Below are positions 39,336 through 48,445 of a stretch of DNA of 64,000 bases, piece after piece; the stretch's first letter is position 1, and each line of letters starts with the position of its first letter. A program made the position numbers and the translations under genes. This DNA is from an uncultured Bacteroidales bacterium (lineage in GTDB: Bacteria > Bacteroidota > Bacteroidia > Bacteroidales > VadinHA17), in assembly GCA_963846335.1 (NCBI GenBank), contig CAWJVS010000016.1, positions 128,746-192,745 on the forward strand, read 5' to 3'. The notes under the pieces were generated by a model. The model was not told the DNA's origin, made no database searches, and was given only the letters and a program-made list of their open reading frames with translations.

Positions 39336-39590
39336 TTATATTATTCCGGCAAACTCTTTTTCCAGGATACTCTCAATCTTGGTAATAGTGACATCCTCTA
39401 CAATTACTCCATTTATGTTCAGGTTTGGCCCGTTGCTGCACCTGCCCATACACCTGGCGCCTTTGAATATAACTTTGTCGTCCAGATGGTTCTTTTTCAG
39501 GTAATCCTTTATGAACATAACCACATCCTTGTTCCCCCTTGAAAAACAGGAACTGCCAAGACAAATCTGCATTTCAATTCTCTGAGCCAT
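39336..39590 (-). CDS. Thioredoxin-like [2Fe-2S] ferredoxin (NuoE C-terminal-like)
   Basis: 84-aa ORF with CLGSSC...CMGRCSNGP cysteine pattern. It is the first gene of the ferredoxin-hydS-PP2C operon. Confidence 0.75.
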   Translation of the reverse strand: MAQRIEMQICLGSSCFSRGNKDVVMFIKDYLKKNHLDDKVIFKGARCMGRCSNGPNLNINGVIVEDVTITKIESILEKEFAGII

Positions 39591-39620
39591 CTCTTACTGT
39601 TCATAAATAAACACCAGCAT

Positions 39621-39628
39621 CAAAAGTA
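39621..39628 (-). promoter_or_regulatory. Candidate Bacteroidota -7 box (TACTTTTG on the minus strand) for the ferredoxin-hydS-PP2C operon
   Basis: Plus-strand CAAAAGTA equals TAnnTTTG on the minus strand, 31 nt upstream of the ATG at 39590. I found no clear -33 TTTG. Confidence 0.25.
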
Positions 39629-39813
39629 GTAATTTTTTACAACCCTTCAGTCATCTTCACCAGCCTAAAAATGTATAATCTCTGCCTCCGATAGCTGTGA
39701 GATTTTTAATATCGAATATGTCCTGCAATCTTAAAGGACTATACAAGATGTATAATTAACACATAATAAATAAGATACAGATAAGATCATTACAGATCAA
39801 AATATAATATTTA

Positions 39814-39848
39814 TTGTTAATAAAATAACATTGTTTATTTAATAACAA
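39814..39848. promoter_or_regulatory. Two abutting Rex-box-like palindromes upstream of hydC
   Basis: TTGTTAA-TAAA-ATAACAT (39814..39831) and TTGTTTA-TTTA-ATAACAA (39831..39848), compared with the clostridial/Thermotoga-type Rex consensus TTGTTAA-N4-TTAACAA. They lie just upstream of a TATATTTG -7-like box at 39859..39866 and 50-85 nt upstream of hydC. A rex gene is in the locus. Confidence 0.45.
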
Positions 39849-39897
39849 TAAAATAACTTATATTTGTATTGAAAATTGTTTCCTTTAATTAAACTTT

Positions 39898-40368
39898 ATG
39901 AGTGCTGATCTTGATCTGATTCTGAAAAAATATAAAAGCGGGAAAAGGGAAGAGCTTATTCCGCTTCTTCAGGAGATACAGGAATATCTTGGTTATCTTT
40001 CTGAAGATGCAATTGTAAGGGTAGGGAATTTTCTTGGTCTGAGCACAACGAAGATATATGGCCTGGCCACATTCTATGACAGGTTCAGGTTTATCCCGTC
40101 AGGAAAGATAAGGATCAGCATCTGCAATGGTACATCCTGTTTTCTGAACGGTTCAAAAGCCATCATCGATAAAATAAAAGAGGAGACAGGGATCATTCCG
40201 GGACAGACCACACGAGACGGAAATTTCAGCTATGAAATTGTATCATGTATGGGTGGATGCCATAGTGGGCCAGTAATCAGCGTTAACGGAGAGTACCATA
40301 CTCATATTAAAGCTGAACAGCTGCCGGAGCTGATCAGAAAACTTAAGTACGTTATTGAAAACGACTAA
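39898..40368 (+). CDS. hydC: [FeFe]-hydrogenase NuoE-like [2Fe-2S] subunit
   Basis: NuoE-type sequence with C..GTSC...CMGGCHSGP cysteines. It is the first gene of a tightly packed operon. Confidence 0.85.
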   Translation: MSADLDLILKKYKSGKREELIPLLQEIQEYLGYLSEDAIVRVGNFLGLSTTKIYGLATFYDRFRFIPSGKIRISICNGTSCFLNGSKAIIDKIKEETGIIPGQTTRDGNFSYEIVSCMGGCHSGPVISVNGEYHTHIKAEQLPELIRKLKYVIEND

Positions 40369-40386
40369 AAACTTTCAAAAGACAAG

Positions 40387-42321
40387 ATGAAAGATTTAAA
40401 GACTTTCCTGACAGATAAGGTACTTTTATTTGGATCAGATACACTGCTGCCGGAGACTGAAAAAGTTTTAAGACAGGTGAGACGGGAAAAGCCTGATAAC
40501 CCTGTTATTTATATTTCTTCAGGTACAAGCAGCTTAATTGCCGGATCTGAAAGTACTTATCAGGCAATAGAGGCATATATAAGCGAAAACTCATCTGCCT
40601 CCTCCATGGTACGTGTCGGATGCAATGGTCCCGCAAATTTCGAACCACTTGTCTGTATTCATCTGCCGGGGAAGAATAAACTGTTCTTCAGGAATATAAC
40701 CGAGGAAAAGGTTGAGCCGCTTCTGAACGGAGTTTTCCACAACGATATAAATGAAGATGATCTTGCAGGTCAGACAGGGACCAGGGGATTCGAATACTGG
40801 CCGGGGATACCATTCATGGAAGAGCTGCCATTTTTTGCAAGACAGAAGAGGGTCATACTGTCCAATTGCGGATGTTATGACCCTGAAAGCATTGAAGAAT
40901 ACATTGCAAGGGGAGGGTACCGTGCATATGTTAAAGCAATTCGTAATTACACATTTGAGGAAGTATGCGATATCATTGAGAGGAGCGGACTGAGAGGAAG
41001 AAGCGGGGGAGGTTATCTTACAGGGCTGAAGTGGAAGCATGCCCTGAATACAACTTCCAGTGCCAGGTATCTCATCTGCAATGCAAAGGAGAGTGATCCC
41101 GGAGCTTTTACAGACAGGACAATTCTTGAAAGTGATCCGCACCGGCTTATTGAGGGAATTGCAATTGCATCATACGCTATCGGATCATCAAATGCCATTG
41201 TATTCATAAGGTCTGGAAGTGATCATGCCAGGAAAAAACTCCAGCAGGCAATTGATATGGCAAGAGACTTTGGAATTATCGGGAACAATATTTTCTCAAG
41301 TGGCTACAGCCTGGATATTGTAATCAGAAAAGAACCCGGAGCATTTGTCTGCGGGGAAGAGACGGCTCTTATAAACACACTCGAGGGAAAAAGGGGCATG
41401 CCCCAGCTTAAACCTCCATATCCGACTACGTCAGGACTTTTTGGAAAGCCAACAGTGATCAATAATGTTGAAACCCTGATGAATGTCCCCCTGATAATGC
41501 AGAACGGACCTGAATGGTTCCGTACCCTGGGAACTGAAAATAGTCCGGGTACGAAAGTATTTGCGGTAGCAGGAAAAGGCCGCATGTCTGGTGTTGTTGA
41601 AGTGGAGATGGGAACAACGATAAGAAAAATCCTCGATGAAATTGCTGACGGAATCAGGGAGGGTAAGGAATTCAAGGCCATTCAGCTCGGAGGAGCCTCC
41701 GGGTCTTTCATTACCAGGGAAAACCTTGATATCCCGATTGATTATGAAAGCCTGAAGGAAAAAGGTATCGGGATGGGAGCAGGAGGATTTGTGATTATTG
41801 ATGAGAATACATGCATGGTCGACCTTGTAAGGTATTATATGGAATTCATCCGTAACGAAAGCTGCGGAAAGTGCATTCCATGCCGGGAAGGAACTGGCAG
41901 GATGCTTGAGATACTTGAAAGTGTGATACGAAAACCGCTTAATGAGGAGTCAGGGACAACCCTTGAGCGCTTCAAGGGTGTAATGCAGCTTGAGACAATC
42001 TCATCTGTTATGAAGGATACATCGCTATGCGGTCTCGGACAGACAGCTCCGAATCCTTTTATAAGCGCCCTCCGGAATTTCAGGGATGAATTTGAGGAAC
42101 ACATATTTGACAGGAAGTGCAGGGCAAACATCTGCAGGGGACTCAGATCATTCTCCATCGATGTGGAAAAATGTACCGGATGCACTGCCTGTGCAGCCAA
42201 ATGTCCTGTAAATGCGATTTACGGAACCAGGCTTCAGCCATTTTTCATTGTAGAAGATAAATGCATTGGCTGCGGAATATGTTTTGATATATGTAAGTTC
42301 AGCGCAATAAATGTTAAATAA
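40387..42321 (+). CDS. hydB: [FeFe]-hydrogenase NuoF-like FMN/NAD(H)-binding subunit with C-terminal 2x[4Fe-4S]
   Basis: GLRGRSGGGY, CNAKESDPGAF, ESCGKCIPCREG, and C-terminal CTGCTACAAKCP / CIGCGICFDIC motifs. Confidence 0.85.
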   Translation: MKDLKTFLTDKVLLFGSDTLLPETEKVLRQVRREKPDNPVIYISSGTSSLIAGSESTYQAIEAYISENSSASSMVRVGCNGPANFEPLVCIHLPGKNKLFFRNITEEKVEPLLNGVFHNDINEDDLAGQTGTRGFEYWPGIPFMEELPFFARQKRVILSNCGCYDPESIEEYIARGGYRAYVKAIRNYTFEEVCDIIERSGLRGRSGGGYLTGLKWKHALNTTSSARYLICNAKESDPGAFTDRTILESDPHRLIEGIAIASYAIGSSNAIVFIRSGSDHARKKLQQAIDMARDFGIIGNNIFSSGYSLDIVIRKEPGAFVCGEETALINTLEGKRGMPQLKPPYPTTSGLFGKPTVINNVETLMNVPLIMQNGPEWFRTLGTENSPGTKVFAVAGKGRMSGVVEVEMGTTIRKILDEIADGIREGKEFKAIQLGGASGSFITRENLDIPIDYESLKEKGIGMGAGGFVIIDENTCMVDLVRYYMEFIRNESCGKCIPCREGTGRMLEILESVIRKPLNEESGTTLERFKGVMQLETISSVMKDTSLCGLGQTAPNPFISALRNFRDEFEEHIFDRKCRANICRGLRSFSIDVEKCTGCTACAAKCPVNAIYGTRLQPFFIVEDKCIGCGICFDICKFSAINVK

Positions 42322-42326
42322 GCTAT

Positions 42327-44048
42327 ATGCTCTTTACGATACAGGTAAATAATAAAAAGATAAAGGCAGAGAAGGGAGAAACGATCCTTTCGGCATTAAA
42401 CCGGAATGGGATTATTATTCCAACCCTGTGCAGGATGAAGGAGTTCACTCCGACCGGTGCATGCCGTATGTGTGTTGTTGAGGTTGAAGGTCGTGAAAGA
42501 CTTGTAACTGCCTGCTCCCAGCCGGTAGAGGAGTGGATGAAAATAAAGACCCATTCACCCAGGGTTATACAGGCCAGGAAGACAATAGTTGAGCTCCTGC
42601 TGTCAAATCATCCCGATGATTGCCTCTATTGCGACAGGAATCTTAATTGTGAACTTCAGCGTCTTTCAGAAGAGCTCAATATCAGGGAACGCCGCATACG
42701 GGGAAGAAAAATCAAACCACGTCTCGACCAGTCGAGTCCTGCCATAGTAAGGGAACTTTCAAAATGCATCCTTTGCGGAAGGTGTGTCAGGGTATGTGAG
42801 GAGGTAATTACCGCAACGACACTTGATTTTATCAACAAGGGAAGAGCAACACATGTGGGGCCGGCGATGGACAGGGATTTCAACTTTTCAAGCTGCGTAC
42901 ATTGCGGGCAATGCGTACTCGTATGTCCGACAGGAGCCCTTCATGAAAAACACAATATAACTGAGGTACAGGAATACCTCCATAAGCCGGATATCATTAA
43001 GGTTATTCAGTATTCTCCGATGGTTACTGCAGGTATTGCTGAAGAGCTGGGAATGAGGTATACGAGGGAGTTTGACAGGATACTGAATTCGGTGCTGAGA
43101 AGAATTGGCTTTGATAAGGTATTTACCACAGGAACAGGAACCGATCTCTGTATAACTGAGATCACCGGGCAGCTCTCTGCAAGGCTTGAACAAAAGTCAG
43201 ATACCCCGCTCTATATTTCAGCATGTCCTGCCTGGGTTAAATATGTTGAACAATTCATCCCTTCGCTTATTCCGCAGCTCTCCACTGTAAAATCTCCTCA
43301 GCAGATCACCGGGGTGCTTGTGAAAACTCTGGTTGCAGATCAGGCAGGAGCAAAACCAGAGCAGATCTACTCGGTTTCTGTGACACCTTGCATGGCTATG
43401 AAATTTGAAGCCAGGCGTGATGGTATGATGCGCAAGGGAATAAGCGACGTTGATTCGGTACTGACAGTGCGGGAGCTGGCAAGGCTGATACGATTGTATG
43501 GAATAGATATTACAAATGCCGAACATGAACCGGCTGATGAACCACTGGCTGTGAGGAGTTCCTCTGCTGTGCTTGCTGAAGTCTCCGGGGGAATGGCTGA
43601 AGGTGTCTTAAGATTATATTATTACCTGAAGCTCAGAAAAGAGGCTGATAAACAGTATTTTAAAAAAATGCGCTCAGCTGGTTCATTCCGGGAGGCATCA
43701 CTTGTGGTCGGGGATATTGAGGTAAAAGCAGCAATAGTCGATGGTCTTACAGGGCTTGAGAAATTGAAAAATGCCCTCGCCTCCGGGAAAAAATACGACC
43801 TTGTCGAAGTTATGACTTGCCCCGGAGGATGTGTACATGGTGCCGGATTGTCATTCAGTGCTTCAAAGGATGAAATAAAGAACAGGGCGAAGCTTGTTTA
43901 CCAGATAGATGAAACTGAAGCCATCAGCCTTCCATGCAAATCTCCTGCACTTCTGAACCTGTATGACAATCTTATAAAGGCAAACCCTGAGATAGCCGAC
44001 AAGAATATTTTCTTTACGCATTTTGAGAAAAGAAATGTACTTTTATGA
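42327..44048 (+). CDS. hydA: [FeFe]-hydrogenase large subunit (NuoG-like N-terminus + H-cluster domain) with non-canonical L1 motif
   Basis: N-terminal 2Fe-2S and 4Fe-4S cysteine motifs (CRMCVVEV, HPDDCLYC, CILCGRCVRVC, CVHCGQCVLVCP). H-domain motifs are YISACPAWV (canonical TSCCPxW), TPCMAMKFEA and EVMTCPGGCVHGAG. Confidence 0.85.
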   Translation: MLFTIQVNNKKIKAEKGETILSALNRNGIIIPTLCRMKEFTPTGACRMCVVEVEGRERLVTACSQPVEEWMKIKTHSPRVIQARKTIVELLLSNHPDDCLYCDRNLNCELQRLSEELNIRERRIRGRKIKPRLDQSSPAIVRELSKCILCGRCVRVCEEVITATTLDFINKGRATHVGPAMDRDFNFSSCVHCGQCVLVCPTGALHEKHNITEVQEYLHKPDIIKVIQYSPMVTAGIAEELGMRYTREFDRILNSVLRRIGFDKVFTTGTGTDLCITEITGQLSARLEQKSDTPLYISACPAWVKYVEQFIPSLIPQLSTVKSPQQITGVLVKTLVADQAGAKPEQIYSVSVTPCMAMKFEARRDGMMRKGISDVDSVLTVRELARLIRLYGIDITNAEHEPADEPLAVRSSSAVLAEVSGGMAEGVLRLYYYLKLRKEADKQYFKKMRSAGSFREASLVVGDIEVKAAIVDGLTGLEKLKNALASGKKYDLVEVMTCPGGCVHGAGLSFSASKDEIKNRAKLVYQIDETEAISLPCKSPALLNLYDNLIKANPEIADKNIFFTHFEKRNVLL

Positions 44049-44057
44049 TCAGATAAT

Positions 44058-46020
44058 ATGCTTGTTTACACGATAAAGGAACTATGCCGCACTTGTTACA
44101 CGTGCGTACGGGAATGTCCGGCCAGGGCGATTCGTATTGTTGGAGGACAGGCTGAGGTTATTGACGAAAGGTGTATTGCATGCGGCAACTGTACAAAGGT
44201 ATGCAGCCAGGGAGCAAAGGTATTCCTGAATACAACCGACAGGGTTGCAAAAGCTTCTCGAAAAGGAACCGAAAGTGGCTGCGATTGTTGCTCCAAGCTT
44301 CCCGGCTGAATTTTCTGAACTTCCTGATCACACTGTGCTGGTAGGAATGATAAAAGCCCTTGGATTTGAATATGTTGCTGAAGTTTCATTTGGAGCTGAC
44401 CTTGTGGCTGACAGATATAAGAAACTAGTTTCTGAAAATAAAAATTTCTATATCACCTCTGATTGTCCGTCCATTGTAAATTATGTGAAGTTCTATCATC
44501 CCGGACTTGTTGATAACCTCGCGCCGATTGTTTCTCCAATGGTGGCAATGAGCAGGGTAATGCGCGAAAAATACGGAAAAGAGACGCACATCGTATTTAT
44601 CGGTCCATGCATTGCCAAGAAGGCTGAGAGCATGGAAATTGATGAGGCAATAACTTATACTGAACTGAGGGAAATGCTTTCCGAAAGGGGGATTGAGCCT
44701 GAGAATATCACCAAAGTTGATTTTGATCCGCCCGTAGGGGGAAGGGGAGCTATCTTCCCTGTTGCAAGGGGATTGCTTCAGACAGCCAGGATAAGTGATA
44801 ACGCAATAACAGGCGACATCATAGCAGCGGAGGGACGGATAGATTTCCAGGGAGCACTGAAAGAATTTGAAGCTGGATTGATTAAAAATCAGCATATGGA
44901 ATTGTTGTGCTGCGAAGGGTGTATAATGGGACCCGGATTGTCGAAAAACGGCAAGCAATATAACCGGCGATCGCTTGTAAGCTCATATGCACTCAGCAAG
45001 AAGGAATACATCGATTCTGAGTTATGGCATAAGATGTTTGATGAATTTGAAGATCTTGATCTGAGCATCCATTTCAGGCCTGACGATCACCGTATTGAAG
45101 AGCTCGATGAAAAAGAGGTGAATGAAGTGCTGGTGAAGATGGGAAAAAAAACAAAGAAAGATCAGCTCGATTGTGGTGCCTGCGGTTATGAGAGCTGTAT
45201 TGAACATGCCATAGCAATAAAGAAGGGGCTGGCCGAAGTGGAGATGTGCCTGCCCTATACTATCGAAAAACTGCATAAGTCGGTTAAGGATCTTGCTCTG
45301 ACTAATGAAAAGCTGTCTTCAATGAAACAGGCGTTGAAACAATCTGAAAAACTTGCTCATATGGGGCAGCTTTCTGCCGGTATAGCCCATGAACTCAATA
45401 ATCCCCTTGGAGTTGTGATAATGTACAGTAATATACTTCTCGAGGAATCCAAACCCGGAGAGCCATTCAGCGAAGATCTGAAGCTGATAGTCGAGCAGGC
45501 GGCAAGGTGCAAGAAGATTGTTGGCGGACTGCTCAATTTTGCCCGGAAAAACCAGGTTAATCATCAGCATGTCAGCATCAAGGAACTTGTAAATCACAGT
45601 CTTGAGAGCCTTATAATTCCTGAAAAGATTAAGATAAACATAACCGATCACTGCACCAACCCTGAGGCCATGCTTGACACCGAGCAGATGATGCAGGTTC
45701 TTACAAACCTTATCAAGAATGCATTCGACGCGATACCTGATGAAGGAATTGTGGATATCGGACTGGAGGATACCCTCAGCGATGTTATTGTAACTATAAG
45801 AGATTCAGGTACAGGAATTAAGGAGGAGGACCGTGCGAAAATATTTGAGCCTTTCTTCACTACCAAGAGCATCGGTCATGGCACAGGACTGGGACTGGCA
45901 ACAGCCTATGGAATTGTTAAGATGCACAAGGGCCAGATCACGGCTGAGTCAAATAACGATCCGGCCAAAGGACCTACGGGTACCTGTTTTAAGATTGTCC
46001 TGCCACGGAGAAAAGAGTAG
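44058..46020 (+). pseudogene. Sensory [FeFe]-hydrogenase paralogue fused to a HisKA/HATPase histidine kinase (group C, kinase-linked), one frameshift near 44240 as assembled
   Basis: N-terminal ferredoxin motif CRTCYTCVRECP / CIACGNCTKVC. H-domain ITSDCPSIV, IGPCIAKKAES, LCCEGCIMGP. Cx2Cx4Cx16C motif CGACGYESCIEHAIAIKKGLAEVEMC. Then the H-box SAGIAHELNNPL and N, G1, G2 boxes (NLIKNAFDA, DSGTGI, GTGLGL). ORFs 44058..44309 and 44245..46020 join at ...NTTDRV/QKLLEKEPKVAAIVAPSF. Confidence 0.8.
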
Positions 46021-46123
46021 GAAGCAGGCAGTATGTAGTAAGTAGTAAGCAGTTTGCAATGGGCAGGGATTCTGGTTCCCATCCTGGGAGGGGCTAGGGG
46101 TGGGTTCTTGTGGATAAGAACCA

Positions 46124-46141
46124 ATGTTAATAAAATAACAA
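46124..46141. promoter_or_regulatory. Rex-box-like palindrome upstream of the receiver gene
   Basis: ATGTTAA-TAAA-ATAACAA. Its central 16-mer TGTTAATAAAATAACA is identical to 39815..39830. It lies 60 nt upstream of the ATG at 46201. Confidence 0.4.
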
Positions 46142-46200
46142 TAGTTATATTTATCATATCAACTGTTTGATTTAAAGAATTTTTAGAAATTTGCGTAAAG

Positions 46201-46596
46201 ATGAAGAAGAGTGATGTAACGATACTGGTGGCGGATGATGATCCCGATTATCTCTTTCAGACAGTTTTCAGCCTTGAAAAGGCAGGTTACAGGACAATGG
46301 CAGTAGAAAGTCAGGCTGAGGCAGAATCGGTGATAGCAAAATACAAGCCGAGCCTGGCAATTTTTGATCTGATGATGGAGAATGACGACAGCGGATTTAT
46401 ACTCTGTTACAAAATGAAAAGAAAGTATCCTGATGTACCGGTTATTCTTGCAACAGCTGTATCCCATGAGACAGGTATGTCGTTCAGTATTGATTCCGAG
46501 CATGAAAGGGAATGGATCAGGGCTGACAGGTATCTTGAAAAAGGGATCCGCCCTGAACAGCTTGACCAGGAAGTAATGAAACTATTAAAACTGTAA
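46201..46596 (+). CDS. Stand-alone response-regulator receiver protein
   Basis: ILVADDD...IFDLMM (phospho-acceptor Asp)...VPVILATA...EKG. No output domain in 131 aa. Confidence 0.85.
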   Translation: MKKSDVTILVADDDPDYLFQTVFSLEKAGYRTMAVESQAEAESVIAKYKPSLAIFDLMMENDDSGFILCYKMKRKYPDVPVILATAVSHETGMSFSIDSEHEREWIRADRYLEKGIRPEQLDQEVMKLLKL

Positions 46597-46597
46597 A

Positions 46598-47735
46598 ATG
46601 GCTGTTTTAAAAGTACTTGTAATTGATGATGAGCCCGGGATTCGTTCAGGAGTCTCCAGGATACTTAACAATTTTCATGTCACTTATCCTTTCATGGACG
46701 AAGATTATACTTTTGAGGTCACAGAGGCAGGAACGGGAGAGGATGGCATCGCCATACTTGAACGCGAGATGCATGACATCCTGTTGCTGGATAATAAACT
46801 GCCAGGCATTCAGGGTGTTGATGTGCTTGAATATATCAGGAAAAGAAACTACGACATAGTGGTGGCCATGATAACCTCATACGCTTCACTCGATGTTGCC
46901 ATAAGAGCCACTCGCGATGGTGCGATTGATTTCATACCAAAACCATTTACTCCGCAGGAACTTAAATCGAGTATTGAAAATATAACCAAACAACAGTATC
47001 TCAAAAGGATAACACATAAGATGAAGCAGGAGGGGAAAAAGATCAGATATCAGTTCCTCTCGGTTCTCTCCCATGAACTTAAAGCACCTCTGAATGCACT
47101 GGAAGGCTACCTGAGGATGATGCAGGAAAAACAGGCTGGCGACAGGATCGAGGATTATGCCACACCTATTGAGAGGTCTCTTCAGAGGATACAGGGGATG
47201 CGCAGCCTTATAATGGACCTGCTCGATTTCACTAAAATTCGTCTTGAGAGAAAGGAAGAAAAAATCCAGGAGGTCAGTCTGGCAGAAGTTGCCTCCGAGG
47301 CTATCATAACTGTTCAGCCTTATGCCATCCAGATGGATGTGACCATAAATCTTGACGTAAGGTCAGATGTATCAATTTTGGCTGATCCGGATGATATGGA
47401 GATCGTTTTCAATAACCTTATCTCCAATGCCGTTAAGTATAATAAAGTTGGAGGGAAAGCAGAGATCACCATCGATTCATCTGATATTGAAGCGATTCTT
47501 ATCTTTTCAGATACCGGAATAGGCATTACCCGGAATGACACCGAAAACCTTTTTACCGAGTTTGTCAGGATCAAGAACGAAAAGACAAGAAATATATCGG
47601 GTAGCGGACTAGGATCTGTCTATTGTAAAGAAAGTTGTGGAACTTTATCATGGGACTATTAATGTGGAAAGTACACCGGATGTCGGGACAGTTTTTACAA
47701 TAAGATTACCAAAAAAGCAACCTGCAATAACCTGA
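46598..47735 (+). pseudogene. Hybrid receiver-histidine kinase (REC + HisKA + HATPase_c), one frameshift near 47615 as assembled
   Basis: VLVIDDEPGIR...LLLDNKLPG receiver, H-box LSVLSHELKAPLN, N-box NLISNAVKYN. After GSGLG the frame shifts to LSIVKKVVELYHGTINVESTPDVGTVFTIRLPKKQPAIT*, with the stop at 47733..47735. Confidence 0.8.
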
Positions 47736-47806
47736 AAATAATTTATAACCGGGCCCCGAAATGTCGGGATTGGTGAAATCATGCTATCAACATTAACTAT
47801 TTAAAA

Positions 47807-48430
47807 ATGAAACTACCGGGAAAAACAGTTGAAAGGCTCAGCGAATACAGAAGGACACTTCTGGAATGCCTGAACGAAAAAAGAAACTTTATTTTTTCAC
47901 ATGATCTTGCTGCCCGTCTTCACATTACTGCTGTTCAGGTAAGGCGTGACCTTATGCTGATCGGCTATTCGAGTGTTCTCAGAAAAGGTTATGATGTGAG
48001 AGAACTTATTGATACAATTGGAAAAATTATTGACTCTGAAGAGAGCGTAAATGTTGCCGTTATTGGTATCGGTAACCTTGGAAGGGCAGTTGCCGGATAT
48101 TTTAAGGGGAAAAGGTCGAAACTTAACCTGGTGGCTTCATTTGACACTGATCCGCAGAAGGTTAATAAAGTTATTTCAGGAGTGAAATGCTATCCTTACA
48201 GTGAGATAGAAAGAATAATCAGGGAACTGGATATCAGGATAGCAATTCTGACTGTGCCGCCCGATTATGCAGTGGAGATAGCTGAAGAAGCAGTTCGTTT
48301 CGGCATAAAAGGGATCCTCAATTTTACAACAATTCCATTGAATGTACCCTCAGGTGTCTATCTTGAAGAGTATGATATGATCACCTCCATTGAGAAAGTG
48401 GCATATTTTGTTAAAGAGAACAAGATTTAG
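47807..48430 (+). CDS. rex: Redox-sensing transcriptional repressor Rex
   Basis: TVERLSEYRRTLLECL..., winged-helix SHDLAARLHITAVQVRRDLMLIGY, and Rossmann VAVIGIGNLGRAV. Confidence 0.9.
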   Translation: MKLPGKTVERLSEYRRTLLECLNEKRNFIFSHDLAARLHITAVQVRRDLMLIGYSSVLRKGYDVRELIDTIGKIIDSEESVNVAVIGIGNLGRAVAGYFKGKRSKLNLVASFDTDPQKVNKVISGVKCYPYSEIERIIRELDIRIAILTVPPDYAVEIAEEAVRFGIKGILNFTTIPLNVPSGVYLEEYDMITSIEKVAYFVKENKI

Positions 48431-48445
48431 GGATCTTCCCGGGAC

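Noticed and set aside
46183-46503. 106-aa minus-strand ORF
   Set aside because: It is fully antisense to the response-regulator receiver gene, which has clear receiver motifs.
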